Both the position numbers and the translations under genes were made by a program. A model generated the notes under the pieces. The model worked only from the letters and a program-made list of their open reading frames with translations. It was not told the DNA's origin and searched no databases. DNA of 64,000 bases from the NCBI GenBank assembly GCA_034440455.1, contig JAWXCB010000031.1:5157-69156 (forward strand). Reading direction: 5' to 3'. Each line of letters begins with the position of its first letter. Positions within the stretch are counted from its first letter, which is position 1. Shown piece by piece: positions 57,001-63,985 of this stretch. Origin of the DNA: Chitinophagales bacterium. Lineage in GTDB: Bacteria; Bacteroidota; Bacteroidia; Chitinophagales; CAIOSU01.

Positions 57001-58632
57001 TCCGTCATTGGCGAGCGTTTGAATTTCATCTTCCGTCAATGCGCGTGAAAAAATCATGAAATCATCAAAAGCGCAATTCGCGTAAGCATCAGTTCCAAAA
57101 GCGCTGCGTCCGATATAATTATTGATGCGAGAAACGAGCCGTGGCGCTGAAATCGCTGCCGAGCCAGCCAGCGCACCGTTCAGGTAAATTTTTGCATTTG
57201 TGCCGTCATACTGTAACAGCACATGACTCCATGCGTTCAGGGATGGTTTAGACGTTGATGCGATTGCATTGGCGGAACCCGTGCCGATGCGAATATCGCC
57301 ATCCAGGTTTCCTGATGTGCCGTTGGTGATGGCAAACACCACATTGTCACCGGGCGCACCGTTTGCAAAATCAATCACGCGGCTCCAATTGGCATAAGTA
57401 GTGGGATTAATCCACGCGCTTACGGCAAATGCCCCGTTGAACCAAACTCCGGCTGGCAGCGTGACGTGTCCGTTGGTTCCGTTGAGTTGGATTGCGTTTA
57501 CAGAATTTCCAAACCTGTCCGAAATATATGAAGTACCCCCGACCGCAGTTGCGTGATTGCCTGAACCGGATGAGTCAGCCGTGTTCGCGTCAAATTTCAG
57601 CCACTCCATTCTGTCGCGCGACAGCGTGGAAAATCCATCGCGTGGATTTTGAATTGTGAGCGTTGCGGAAGATGTTGTCCCAATTGCCTGCGGTTCTGAA
57701 CTTACGATGCGCAGTTTGTAGCCTGTGCCGTTGGGAATGTTTGCAAGTAGCGTGGCGGAAATAGTTCCGCTTGTGGTTGATTGCAACGTGCCGATGGAAG
57801 TCGCGTTGGAAAAATCTCCATTGGCATCGCTGAGTTGCGCGGTAAACACATTCGTTGATTGAATATTTGCGCCAATCACTGTAAAAGGAATATTGAAGGA
57901 CGCGCCTGCGCAAAAATCAGTCGAAGACAAATTGCCGATGGAATAAGTAAGACTGAGGCTGCTGCTGAGAAAATTGATTTCGTCCTGTGTTAATACCCGA
58001 TTATAAAACCGCACTTCATCAATGCTGCCGCGAAACCAAGAGTTATTGCTCGTGTTCACCACGTTGCCGCCTATTCGTGTATTCGTGGCATTCACACCAA
58101 GTGTATAGTTTCCATTCAATGTATTCACCAATGCGCCATTCAGATAAATGTTCATTTGTGTTGCGCTTGTGGTGACGGCAAGATGTTGCCATACGCCCTC
58201 GCCCTGTGAAAGGTTTACATTCACGCTGGTGCTCAAAGGATGCCAGACAACTATCCTTGTTGCGCTCGTATAAAATCCTGTTTCCAGAATATTATCCTGC
58301 CCCACGAGGCTCATTCCATTGTTGAGCGATGCGGGGTTAAACCAGAAGCTCATGCTGAACTCGGTTTTTCCATTCAGCAATGGCGTTCCAAAATCAAGCA
58401 TTCCGTTTTCAATCGCGCCATTGAACAACATGGCGTTGTTGGCTACACTCAACCTGTCCAGCGTTCCGTAAACTCCATTGACGGAAACAGTCGCGTGGTT
58501 ATTGTTACCACTCAAGTCATTGCCGTTACTGTTCAGCGGCAGATGCGCCATGAGACTGTCGGTGAGATTGATTTGGGCGGCAGCGAAAATTGCATACGCA
58601 ACGAGCGAAAGGGAAATGGAAAGTTTTTTCAT
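51088..58632 (-). CDS. Giant T9SS-secreted surface protein: LamG x2, CUB-like module pairs x3, Ig-like repeats x9, T9SS C-terminal domain
   Basis: 2514-aa ORF with signal peptide MKKLSISLSLVAYAIFAAAQ. LamG-type segments (LNSNGNDLSGNNNHATV.., FDANTADSSGSGNHATAVGG..). CUB-like units (C....RDPAGTGNYGYG.NTQTL.S..G.RLRLDFF.FNINFNNGGHWLNIYDG..). 81-aa Ig-like repeats. Terminal IEIFPNPASSVVSIQ...GLYVFRLQNESGISKSLKVVKP matches the T9SS type A sorting domain. Confidence 0.9.
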   Translation of the reverse strand: MKKLSISLSLVAYAIFAAAQINLTDSLMAHLPLNSNGNDLSGNNNHATVSVNGVYGTLDRLSVANNAMLFNGAIENGMLDFGTPLLNGKTEFSMSFWFNPASLNNGMSLVGQDNILETGFYTSATRIVVWHPLSTSVNVNLSQGEGVWQHLAVTTSATQMNIYLNGALVNTLNGNYTLGVNATNTRIGGNVVNTSNNSWFRGSIDEVRFYNRVLTQDEINFLSSSLSLTYSIGNLSSTDFCAGASFNIPFTVIGANIQSTNVFTAQLSDANGDFSNATSIGTLQSTTSGTISATLLANIPNGTGYKLRIVSSEPQAIGTTSSATLTIQNPRDGFSTLSRDRMEWLKFDANTADSSGSGNHATAVGGTSYISDRFGNSVNAIQLNGTNGHVTLPAGVWFNGAFAVSAWINPTTYANWSRVIDFANGAPGDNVVFAITNGTSGNLDGDIRIGTGSANAIASTSKPSLNAWSHVLLQYDGTNAKIYLNGALAGSAAISAPRLVSRINNYIGRSAFGTDAYANCAFDDFMIFSRALTEDEIQTLANDGIIFANNTPCAGNFLQLSAPAIPNAAYSWSGPNGFSSNQRQNVIPNVTTANSGNYSLTITQSGCAAFSQTKNITINNASNQVIVSFSGLPAVTNLDAAENTLTGTPSGGYFTGNGMEVNVFNPFVAGLGTHIILYNVPHSSGCLTTIADTVIVYDSYNMQNGTVTACNGGFYDSGGRNASYSVNENFTQTFCSDNGEKLKFTFSWLSLGTGDTLWAYDGNTTSANLLGMYIPFSTPDVIWSSGTCITFRFKSNASAQTSGWIATFECSQNPEVAKTISLNAGINVTCDAVIRDPAGTGNYGYGNNTQTLKSRNGERLRLDFFEFNINFNNGGHWLNIYDGPNAAYPRIGSYNSCCAPPTIIESAGEYLTLVFDANNTSAGVGSRQGFGATVSCFGIPLTEYWMNDTLVTTCSGVFYDNGGPSADFIPNTYQKQTFCSDNGKRIKFNFNNNLSLFDSDDTLWVYDGGDTTDILLAYYIEGSNIEPLTAAGTCLTFRYKSNASTEHGWQGFITCSATPGAQDIINLSSGLRATCNAIVRDPAGTGNYGYGHNTQTLRSYYGSRLRLDFFQFNINFNNGGHWLNIYDGPSTAYPRIGSYNSCCAPPTIIESSGEYLTLVFDANNTSAGVGAREGFAATVSCFGSVLPVFTMHDTLISVCEGVFYDDNGPANNFSPNQNKTQTFCSANGQLLQFAFNNNESSFDSGDTLWVFDGADVSASPLAMYIEGSRIETLTSTGTCLTFKFVSNASTEPGWQGFLSCVNAPPAQVTYVMSSGTRNICTGKFLDPGSTGNYSVGSGETYIKTFTSYSGQQVRATRNSFSINGNNGGHWLDVYDGTSTAAPLIGSYNNFNFPPAAFQSTGSSLTFRFRATNTSAGSGSGFDFTISCFTGSPIDADWLSSPVCQNGAISVPFVLNDSVNANNVYTAQLSDSLGNFNNAVNIGTLASTDSVGTISATIPLNTPAGSGYRIRVNSSQPVQLGSASPNSILILRTPTQPGSISVNGSTNFCSGTGSAILSITNQTGINYRWILNDTITVGTNSNSFTATQSGVYKVDLSSACDTIISTASVTINSITSPVATTIAAGGPTSFCSSGSVQLSIPAQTGMNYQWKRGATNVGTNTNTSTASVAGDYTVVVSNTCGSVTSSNTISVSITGSSPTAPTISPNGATTFCSGGNVTLSIPTQAGATYQWKQGSANVGTNSESYTATQAGTYTVVVTNGCGSATSANSITVTVNFAPVAPTIATNGATTFCSGGSVELSVSVQSGMNYQWKNGANDVGTNSNTYTATQAGTYTVELSNSCGNATSSNSITVAISGSAPAAPTITANGATTFCSGNSVELSIPTQSGVTYQWKNGSNSVGTNSNTYTATLAGTYTVELTNNCGTTVSSNSITVTISGSAPTVPSITASGPTAICTGGSIELSVSSQTGGTYQWKEGANNVGTNSNTYTATQAGTYTIELTNSCGSATSSNSITVTITGGAPSAPTITANGATTFCAGNDVELSVPMETGATYQWKQGANNVGTNSNVFTATQAGAYTVVVSNGCGSANSVNSITVTISGSAPAIPTITANGPTAICTGGNVQLNISAQSGVTYQWKEGTTPIGANSNTFTATQAGIYTIELTNNCGTVASSNSITVTVTSGALATPTISANGATTICAGNSVELSVPAQSGADYQWKNGANNIGTNSNTFTVTQSGTYTIELSNGCGSVNSTNNITVVMNATSSAQISETICAGASYPFNGQTLTTSGQYNQTLANAVGCDSVITLTLTVRNPITSTLTVSNHCGTYDFNGQTLSQSGAYNTTRTSASGCDSVVTVNFTYNAAPALIITQNFMTLETSFGFADYQWYLNGVEIFGAIGPVHIPLQPGVYTVEVTGFNGCTGVSANFNFNTVNVRADIADTEIEIFPNPASSVVSIQTNFTGLLKVEVIATDGRKLFSAYFAREKQIDISEWAAGLYVFRLQNESGISKSLKVVKP
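51859..54036 (-). repeat. Nine tandem ~243-bp (81-aa) coding repeats
   Basis: Consensus AP..PTITANGATTFC.G.SVELS....SG.TYQWK.GANNVGTNSNT(Y/F)TATQAGTYT(V/I)EL(T/S)N.CG...SSNSITVTI.GS. Boundaries come from counting residues back from the stop codon. Confidence 0.85.
54352..56532 (-). repeat. Three tandem ~714-735-bp coding modules, each a pair of CUB-like domains
   Basis: Modules at 55801-56532, 55066-55800 and 54352-55065. The second domains of modules A and B are near-identical at DNA level, for example catcataaatattcagccagtgtccgccattgttgaagttgatattgaattgaaagaaatccaaacgcag (about 55252-55321) versus the almost identical string about 735 bp upstream (about 55987-56056). Confidence 0.85.
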
Positions 58633-58648
58633 AATAATAAAAATTTAA

Positions 58649-58746
58649 GACTCACCCCTGCCTTCGTTGAAACTTCGGCAGGTAAACCCTCCCTTCTCCT
58701 TTGGAGAGGGGAGTCCGGGCATTATCATTTTTTCAGAACTGCCCGG
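58649..58746. repeat. REP/MITE-like palindromic element, copy 7 (long form)
   Basis: gactcacccctgcc...ccctcccttctcctttggagaggggagtccgggc...ttttttcagaactgcccgg. The right arm (tttt.agaactgccc) matches the right terminal repeat of copy 1. Confidence 0.7.
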
Positions 58747-58921
58747 AAGAAAGCGTTTTTATTAAATAATTTCTGCCGTAAAAATAGATGCCGCTATCCT
58801 GAGTTTATTTCACACTTTGCCAAAAAAAGGCAAGTTGACATTAACAGTTTGTTAAGTAAAGGGTAATCTCCTTTAGGAAGGAGGGAGATTTTGATTATTA
58901 TTATGAACTCATAAATAGTTT

Positions 58922-60406
58922 ATGCCCTCTTCTTTTCACCTTCAACTGCAAAAATTTCCGAAAGAGAAACTTGATTCGTTGCGCAGCCATTTCCGTGATG
59001 CGCCCAAAGCGCTGAAGCTGCTACAGTTTCTAACGACACAACGCAGCGAAAAACTGAATATGTGCCATGCAGTGCAGCATGTTTATGGCGCAAAAGCCGG
59101 TGACAGGAATTACACGGTCTATGAAAACCGTTTTTACAAGCTGCGAAAAAAAATTGAAGACCACCTCCATGAGCAGGATGAGCCGCGAATGACAACATTG
59201 ACCGCAGAGGAGAAAGCGCTGATGGAAGCAAAATCATTGATTGCAAACGGCAAATTTGCCGATGCGGAAAAAATGCTCGTTACCAGTGAAAAGAACTGCC
59301 GAAACAAAAACATTTTTGAAATCCTTCCTGAAACGATAGACCTGCTGATACAGGCGCGCCAATCGCTGAACAAGCTGGAAGGCAGCAAAGAACTGCACCA
59401 AGAATTTGCAGAAGCAATAACGCTGTATGCTGACATGATGGAAGCGAAGAACCTGACGCGACAGATTTACGAGGTGAATTTCAAACAAGGCATCAAAGCT
59501 GCGGAGCCGCTGTTCAGACGCATGGCGAAACTTGACCGCCAGCACAAAAAATTCCCGCGTTTCAAACTGATCTACAATTTCGTGGCAGGGTATTACAAAG
59601 TGGGCGCGGGCGGAACCGAATACTTGGATAAAACCAATGTTACCAATCGCCACATTGGTGTTGCGAAAAAAATCATGCAGCGATATCCCGAAATGCCTGT
59701 AGTGCATTACACCGCAAACGGGCAGGTGACACAACGCTACCGCCTGATGGAGTTGCAGGCGATGTGTTATTACAACGCGCTTCGGTTTGCCGAAGCTGCC
59801 GATGAAATCTCGCAACTTTATGCGAGCGTCATGCAGCCGCAATCGCCTATGAACAGGATGAAGAATGAAATCCTGTTTACCAACATCCTGCACATGCTGG
59901 TGGCGGCAAGCCGCTATAAAGAAGCGCTAAAGGTTGCGCAGGAATATTTGAAATTTCTCATCGAAAACAAAAGACACGAACAGTCAGGCAATGCATATGC
60001 GGAGATTGCAAACATCCACGTTTCGATGTTTCCGCAGCCATCGGGATATAATCCTTTGCTTCTGCTGAAGAAAGCGGATGAACACATAGCAGCTCTGAAA
60101 AAAACGAACAAAAATTATTTCAGCCGCCCGATGATGGCAATGAAGGTAAAACTTCTGCTGACCTTGGAAAGATATAACGAGGCGGAAAAGTTGATTTCAG
60201 ATTCAAAGCGCCAACTGCATGACGACCAGAACTTTCTTCCCTCGCTATTAAAACTGATAGCGATTAAAAGAAATCAGGATGCCGGGATGTCGGATAAGCA
60301 ACTGCGTGCGCTGAATATTTTGAGCAAGAGCAGGAAGTTAAGCGCCAATACTCCGGGGAGCTATTTGCACTGGAAATGGTTGGAGAAAATGATTGATCTA
60401 TCCTAG
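58922..60406 (+). CDS. Hypothetical all-alpha (TPR-like) protein, 494 aa
   Basis: Tracked ORF with helix-rich, K/E/L/A-biased sequence and loosely TPR-like units (..YNEAEKLISDS.., ..YKEALKVAQEYLKF..). No motif I can name. Divergent from the giant surface-protein gene. Confidence 0.55.
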   Translation: MPSSFHLQLQKFPKEKLDSLRSHFRDAPKALKLLQFLTTQRSEKLNMCHAVQHVYGAKAGDRNYTVYENRFYKLRKKIEDHLHEQDEPRMTTLTAEEKALMEAKSLIANGKFADAEKMLVTSEKNCRNKNIFEILPETIDLLIQARQSLNKLEGSKELHQEFAEAITLYADMMEAKNLTRQIYEVNFKQGIKAAEPLFRRMAKLDRQHKKFPRFKLIYNFVAGYYKVGAGGTEYLDKTNVTNRHIGVAKKIMQRYPEMPVVHYTANGQVTQRYRLMELQAMCYYNALRFAEAADEISQLYASVMQPQSPMNRMKNEILFTNILHMLVAASRYKEALKVAQEYLKFLIENKRHEQSGNAYAEIANIHVSMFPQPSGYNPLLLLKKADEHIAALKKTNKNYFSRPMMAMKVKLLLTLERYNEAEKLISDSKRQLHDDQNFLPSLLKLIAIKRNQDAGMSDKQLRALNILSKSRKLSANTPGSYLHWKWLEKMIDLS

Positions 60407-60431
60407 AAAAGAATACTACCAGATTCAGCCG

Positions 60432-61145
60432 TCAGAAATTCGGCTTCAGCGGATGCTCCGTTTTGTAATATTCGCGAATCAATACGATAGTTTCATCCAC
60501 CGTATCTACTAAGGAGATGAGTTGCAAATCTTCTTCGTGGATGTTGTGAAATTTTTTAAACATCGTGCCGCTCATCCATGCAAGCAGTCCTTCCCAATAA
60601 TCTTTTCCGATGCAAATAATCGGGAAGCGGTCAATCTTACGCGTTTGAATCAGCGTGAGGCATTCAAAAAATTCATCCATCGTGCCAAAGCCTCCGGGAA
60701 ACAAGACAAACGCCTGCGCATATTTCACAAACATCACCTTGCGACTGAAAAAATATTTGAACGTAATCAACTTGTCAGGATCTATATATTCATTGTGCTC
60801 CTGCTCAAAGGGCAGGTCAATATTCAATCCGACAGACTTTCCTCCGTTTTCAAACGCGCCTTTGTTTGCGCCCTCCATGATACCGGGACCTCCACCAGTG
60901 ATGATGCCATAACCTTCATCCGACAATTTTTTTGCAAGCTCCACCGACATCTCATAATACTTGTCGCCCGGCTGTGTACGCGCTGAGCCAAATACCGAAA
61001 TGCATGGGCCTATCTTATTCATCTTCTCAAATCCTTCCACAAATTCAGACATCACTTTGAAGATTTGCCACGATGATTGCGCCTTCAATTCGGTTGTCCA
61101 GCTTTTTTCGCGATGCTCTATTTGTGGTTTAGTATGTTTTACCAT
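60432..61145 (-). CDS. LOG-family (TIGR00730-type) nucleotide 5'-monophosphate nucleosidase
   Basis: GGGPGIMEGANKGA and PGGFGTMDEFFE motifs. Confidence 0.88.
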   Translation of the reverse strand: MVKHTKPQIEHREKSWTTELKAQSSWQIFKVMSEFVEGFEKMNKIGPCISVFGSARTQPGDKYYEMSVELAKKLSDEGYGIITGGGPGIMEGANKGAFENGGKSVGLNIDLPFEQEHNEYIDPDKLITFKYFFSRKVMFVKYAQAFVLFPGGFGTMDEFFECLTLIQTRKIDRFPIICIGKDYWEGLLAWMSGTMFKKFHNIHEEDLQLISLVDTVDETIVLIREYYKTEHPLKPNF

Positions 61146-62610
61146 GATTTGAATTTTTGTGTGAGATAATCCATAATCCCATATACGTAAGGAATCCGTT
61201 TGCGATTAAAATTTCATTTCCGAAAACATAACCGTTCATGTATTCTTTTGAATTTATGTCGAGCATATAACAGATAACTGGCGCTATGACGCAAACCAAA
61301 GGAACGAGTTGGTCGCGCACGGTGCGCTTTGTAAATAGCCCGAAGGAATATAATCCCAGCAGGGGTCCATACGTGTAGCCCGCCACTTTCAGCACGGTGT
61401 CAATAATCGCCTGGTCGTTTAATAATTTGAAAATCATAATCACCAGCAGCAGAATTGCGGCAAACGCGAGCATGATGCCATGACGCAGTTGCGTTTTCTT
61501 TTGCTCTGAAATTGTTGTGTCGGAATCAGCATGAAGGAAATCAATGTAAAACGAAGTCGTGAGCGTGGTAAGCACGGAATCCGCGCTGGAAAATGTTGCC
61601 GCAGTTAGTCCGATGATGAAAAATAATCCTGCCACTGTTCCGAGATGCTGCAAGGCGAGCAGCGGAAATAAATCATCGGTCTTTTTTGGAATTTCGATTC
61701 CCCTTGAATTTGCATACGTGTAGAGCAACACGCCCAGCGACAAGAAGAAAATATTTACAATCACCACCACGATGCTAAACCAGCGGATGTTTTTCTGTGC
61801 GTCTGCAAGCGTTTTGCAACTCAGGTTTTTCTGCATCATGTTTTGGTCAAGCCCCGTCATGGCAATGGCGATAAACATTCCTCCGAAAAATTGTTTTGGA
61901 AAAAACGATTTCAGCTGCCAATCCCAAAAGAATGTTTTTGATAATTCGCTTTGCTTCACTGTTGAAATCAAATCGGTTAATCCCAAGTCAAGCTGAGTTG
62001 CGATAAAACCGATGGAAAGAATTACTCCCGAAAGTAGCGCGAACGACTGAAACGTATCCGTCCACACGAGGGTTTTAATGCCGCCCTGATACGTGTATGC
62101 AAGCATCAGCACGATAATCAGCAGCACCGAAAGCCAAAACGGAATGCCGAAAAAATCAAATACAAAAATCTGCATCACGCCTGCCGCGAGATAGAGCCGC
62201 GCTGCTGCGCCTAACGTGCGCGAGAGGATAAAATAAAAGGAGCCTGTTTTTTCCGACCATGCCCCAAAACGCTGGCTGAGATAAGAATAAATGGAAGTGA
62301 GATTCAGGCGATAATATAGCGGCAATAGAATTTCAGAAATCACGAGGTAGCCAAACAAATAGCCGAACACCAATTGCAAATAAGAAAAGTTGGACGCGCC
62401 TACCGAGCCGGGAACTGAAATGAACGTAACGCCCGACAGTGAATCGCCAATCATGCCGAATGCCACTGCATACCACGGTGATTTTTTTTCACCGATAAAA
62501 AATCCTTTCGCTCCCGCGCCCTTGCCGGTGATTCTTGAAATCAGCAGCAGGATAAGAAAATATCCTCCGAGAAAAAGGAAGATTTGGTAAGGAGAAAGAT
62601 TGGGCTGCAG
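61129..62610 (-). CDS. Sodium:solute symporter family transporter (start codon unresolved)
   Basis: SSF N-terminal signature FGMIGDSLSGVTFISVPG and about 13 TM helices. The tracked ORF starts at GTG 62466. The frame stays open upstream to a TGA at 62623-62625 and encodes a further TM helix (NLSPYQIFLFLGGYFLILLLISRITGKGAGAKGFFIGEKKSPWYAV). The only start-like codon there is CTG at 62608-62610. Confidence 0.8.
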   Translation of the reverse strand: MQPNLSPYQIFLFLGGYFLILLLISRITGKGAGAKGFFIGEKKSPWYAVAFGMIGDSLSGVTFISVPGSVGASNFSYLQLVFGYLFGYLVISEILLPLYYRLNLTSIYSYLSQRFGAWSEKTGSFYFILSRTLGAAARLYLAAGVMQIFVFDFFGIPFWLSVLLIIVLMLAYTYQGGIKTLVWTDTFQSFALLSGVILSIGFIATQLDLGLTDLISTVKQSELSKTFFWDWQLKSFFPKQFFGGMFIAIAMTGLDQNMMQKNLSCKTLADAQKNIRWFSIVVVIVNIFFLSLGVLLYTYANSRGIEIPKKTDDLFPLLALQHLGTVAGLFFIIGLTAATFSSADSVLTTLTTSFYIDFLHADSDTTISEQKKTQLRHGIMLAFAAILLLVIMIFKLLNDQAIIDTVLKVAGYTYGPLLGLYSFGLFTKRTVRDQLVPLVCVIAPVICYMLDINSKEYMNGYVFGNEILIANGFLTYMGLWIISHKNSNHGKTY

Positions 62611-62813
62611 GGGTAACTCTTTTCAGCAAAATAAAAACTGATAGAAGAAAAGACAGAGGCAGTTATGAACTTTGTCTCATAGTAGTTGTCCTTAATTAAA
62701 CAACTTATAGTGAGCGCATTAATTTTTAACTTTCTCCTTAAATAAAAAGAAATTTTTTATTCTCCAACTGTATCCGCTAAGATGATGCATAAACTCTCCA
62801 AAATGCTTGAAAT

Positions 62814-62853
62814 AAAAAAGGCACCCCAAGTATGGGATGCCTTTTCTTTTTTT
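62814..62853 (-). terminator. Rho-independent-type terminator hairpin (bidirectional A/T tracts)
   Basis: aaaaaa-ggcacccca-agta-tgggatgcc-ttttcttttttt. The stem is 9 bp with one G-U. It lies 16 nt downstream of the 62869..63225 gene stop. Confidence 0.6.
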
Positions 62854-62868
62854 AAGTGTGTTAAACGC

Positions 62869-63225
62869 TTAGTTCAAGATAACGCCTGCGCGCGCTGAAA
62901 CCTTTGGAGTTGAACTCATGCCGGTTTCTGTCGGCTGCCCATCTTGAATGATGGTCACTTTCACTGCTTCGCCACGGTCGCTTGTAGCGGCTACGTAGGC
63001 GAAGTGCCCATTGGGAGCGGTGTACTTTGTACTCCACCCGTTGTTCACGCCCACAATTTCCTGGCTTTCGCCTTTGTCATTGCGGAAATAAACATCGCAC
63101 GAGGCGCAATCTACCTTGTATTCCACTTCGTGAGATACTTTTTCAGGTTCTGCAAATTTGAAACCTACAAAACCGGTCGCCCCGATCACCAATACAGCTA
63201 AAATCATAACAGTCTGCTTACTCAT
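62869..63225 (-). CDS. Hypothetical membrane-anchored protein, 118 aa
   Basis: Tracked ORF. N-terminal TM helix (VMILAVLVIGATGFVGF). Preceded by GAGGAGG 8 nt upstream of the ATG and followed by a terminator hairpin. Confidence 0.6.
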   Translation of the reverse strand: MSKQTVMILAVLVIGATGFVGFKFAEPEKVSHEVEYKVDCASCDVYFRNDKGESQEIVGVNNGWSTKYTAPNGHFAYVAATSDRGEAVKVTIIQDGQPTETGMSSTPKVSARAGVILN

Positions 63226-63402
63226 AGAACATTCCTCCTCTTTTTTTAATAGTTAAAAAATAAATAGTTAAATCAATCAGCCTCGCTGGTTTTGTACGGA
63301 GGAGGGAAAGGAAGGTTGCAGGCAGGAAATAAATAAAAAGCAGGAATTGAAAATAATAATTGGTGACAATTCCACTGACCTGAATATTTCAGGCGGTGAT
63401 AC

Positions 63403-63504
63403 TTATTTCAGGAACATCAGGATAACCTGTATAAGGGCGGCAATGGCGAGAATAGCTACTATCCATTTGTAAACAGCAAGTTCGTCTTTGTGGGTCTTAT
63501 CCAT
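63403..63504 (-). CDS. Possible 33-aa single-TM micro-protein
   Basis: ATG..TAA frame encoding MDKTHKDELAVYKWIVAILAIAALIQVILMFLK. It is below the ORF-track length cut-off. Support is only the clean hydrophobic helix and its intergenic position. Confidence 0.25.
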   Translation of the reverse strand: MDKTHKDELAVYKWIVAILAIAALIQVILMFLK

Positions 63505-63586
63505 GCTTATTAATAAACGAAATGGAGTGGTGAAATGTTTTGGTAATTCAGATAAACCATAAATTAGCGTTGAAAATTAATCTTTT

Positions 63587-63985
63587 ATGAAACATCCTCT
63601 TTTCCTTTTGCTGTTCCTGTGCTTCCAATTCTCCGCTTTTTCACAAAAAGCCTTGTATGATAAGGCGTTGCAAAAAATCGAACTGGAAAACTATGCGGGC
63701 GCGATTGCTGATTTGAGTAAAATAATTCAGACCGACTCAACGAATGCCGAAGCAATTTTCAAAAGAGGCTATTGCCACGCAATGGAACGCGACCATAAAG
63801 CCGCGCTGATTGATTTCAACCGTGCAATTTTCATGAACGCCAATGAGAGCAACTGGTTTTCAGAGCGCGGCATTGCAAAGATGAACCTGCGCGACATGGA
63901 AGGCGCTTGCAGGGATTGGAAGATTGCCGCCAAGATGGGTTCTACTGGAGCAGAGGATTTAATCAGCGAATATTGCCCTGAATGA
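63587..63985 (+). CDS. Secreted TPR-repeat protein
   Basis: Signal peptide (LFLLLFLCFQFSAFS) and TPR units (YAGAIADLSKIIQTDSTNAEAIFKRGYC.., HKAALIDFNRAIFMNANES..). Confidence 0.75.
   Translation: MKHPLFLLLFLCFQFSAFSQKALYDKALQKIELENYAGAIADLSKIIQTDSTNAEAIFKRGYCHAMERDHKAALIDFNRAIFMNANESNWFSERGIAKMNLRDMEGACRDWKIAAKMGSTGAEDLISEYCPE

Noticed and set aside
58240-58866. 208-aa plus-strand ORF spanning the 5' end of the giant gene and the intergenic region
   Set aside because: It is antisense to the well-supported LamG-encoding 5' end of 51088..58632. It then runs through REP copy 7. The sequence is compositionally odd (R/N/C-rich). I treat it as spurious.
59234-59893. 219-aa minus-strand ORF, plus similar long antisense ORFs (8130..8543, 9786..10184, 10875..11303, 11676..12203, 24084..24635, 41632..42108, 50327..50773, 60522..60986)
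   Set aside because: Each is fully nested antisense within a CDS that has strong motif support. Their products are R/H/F/C-rich with no motifs. This is typical of shadow ORFs.
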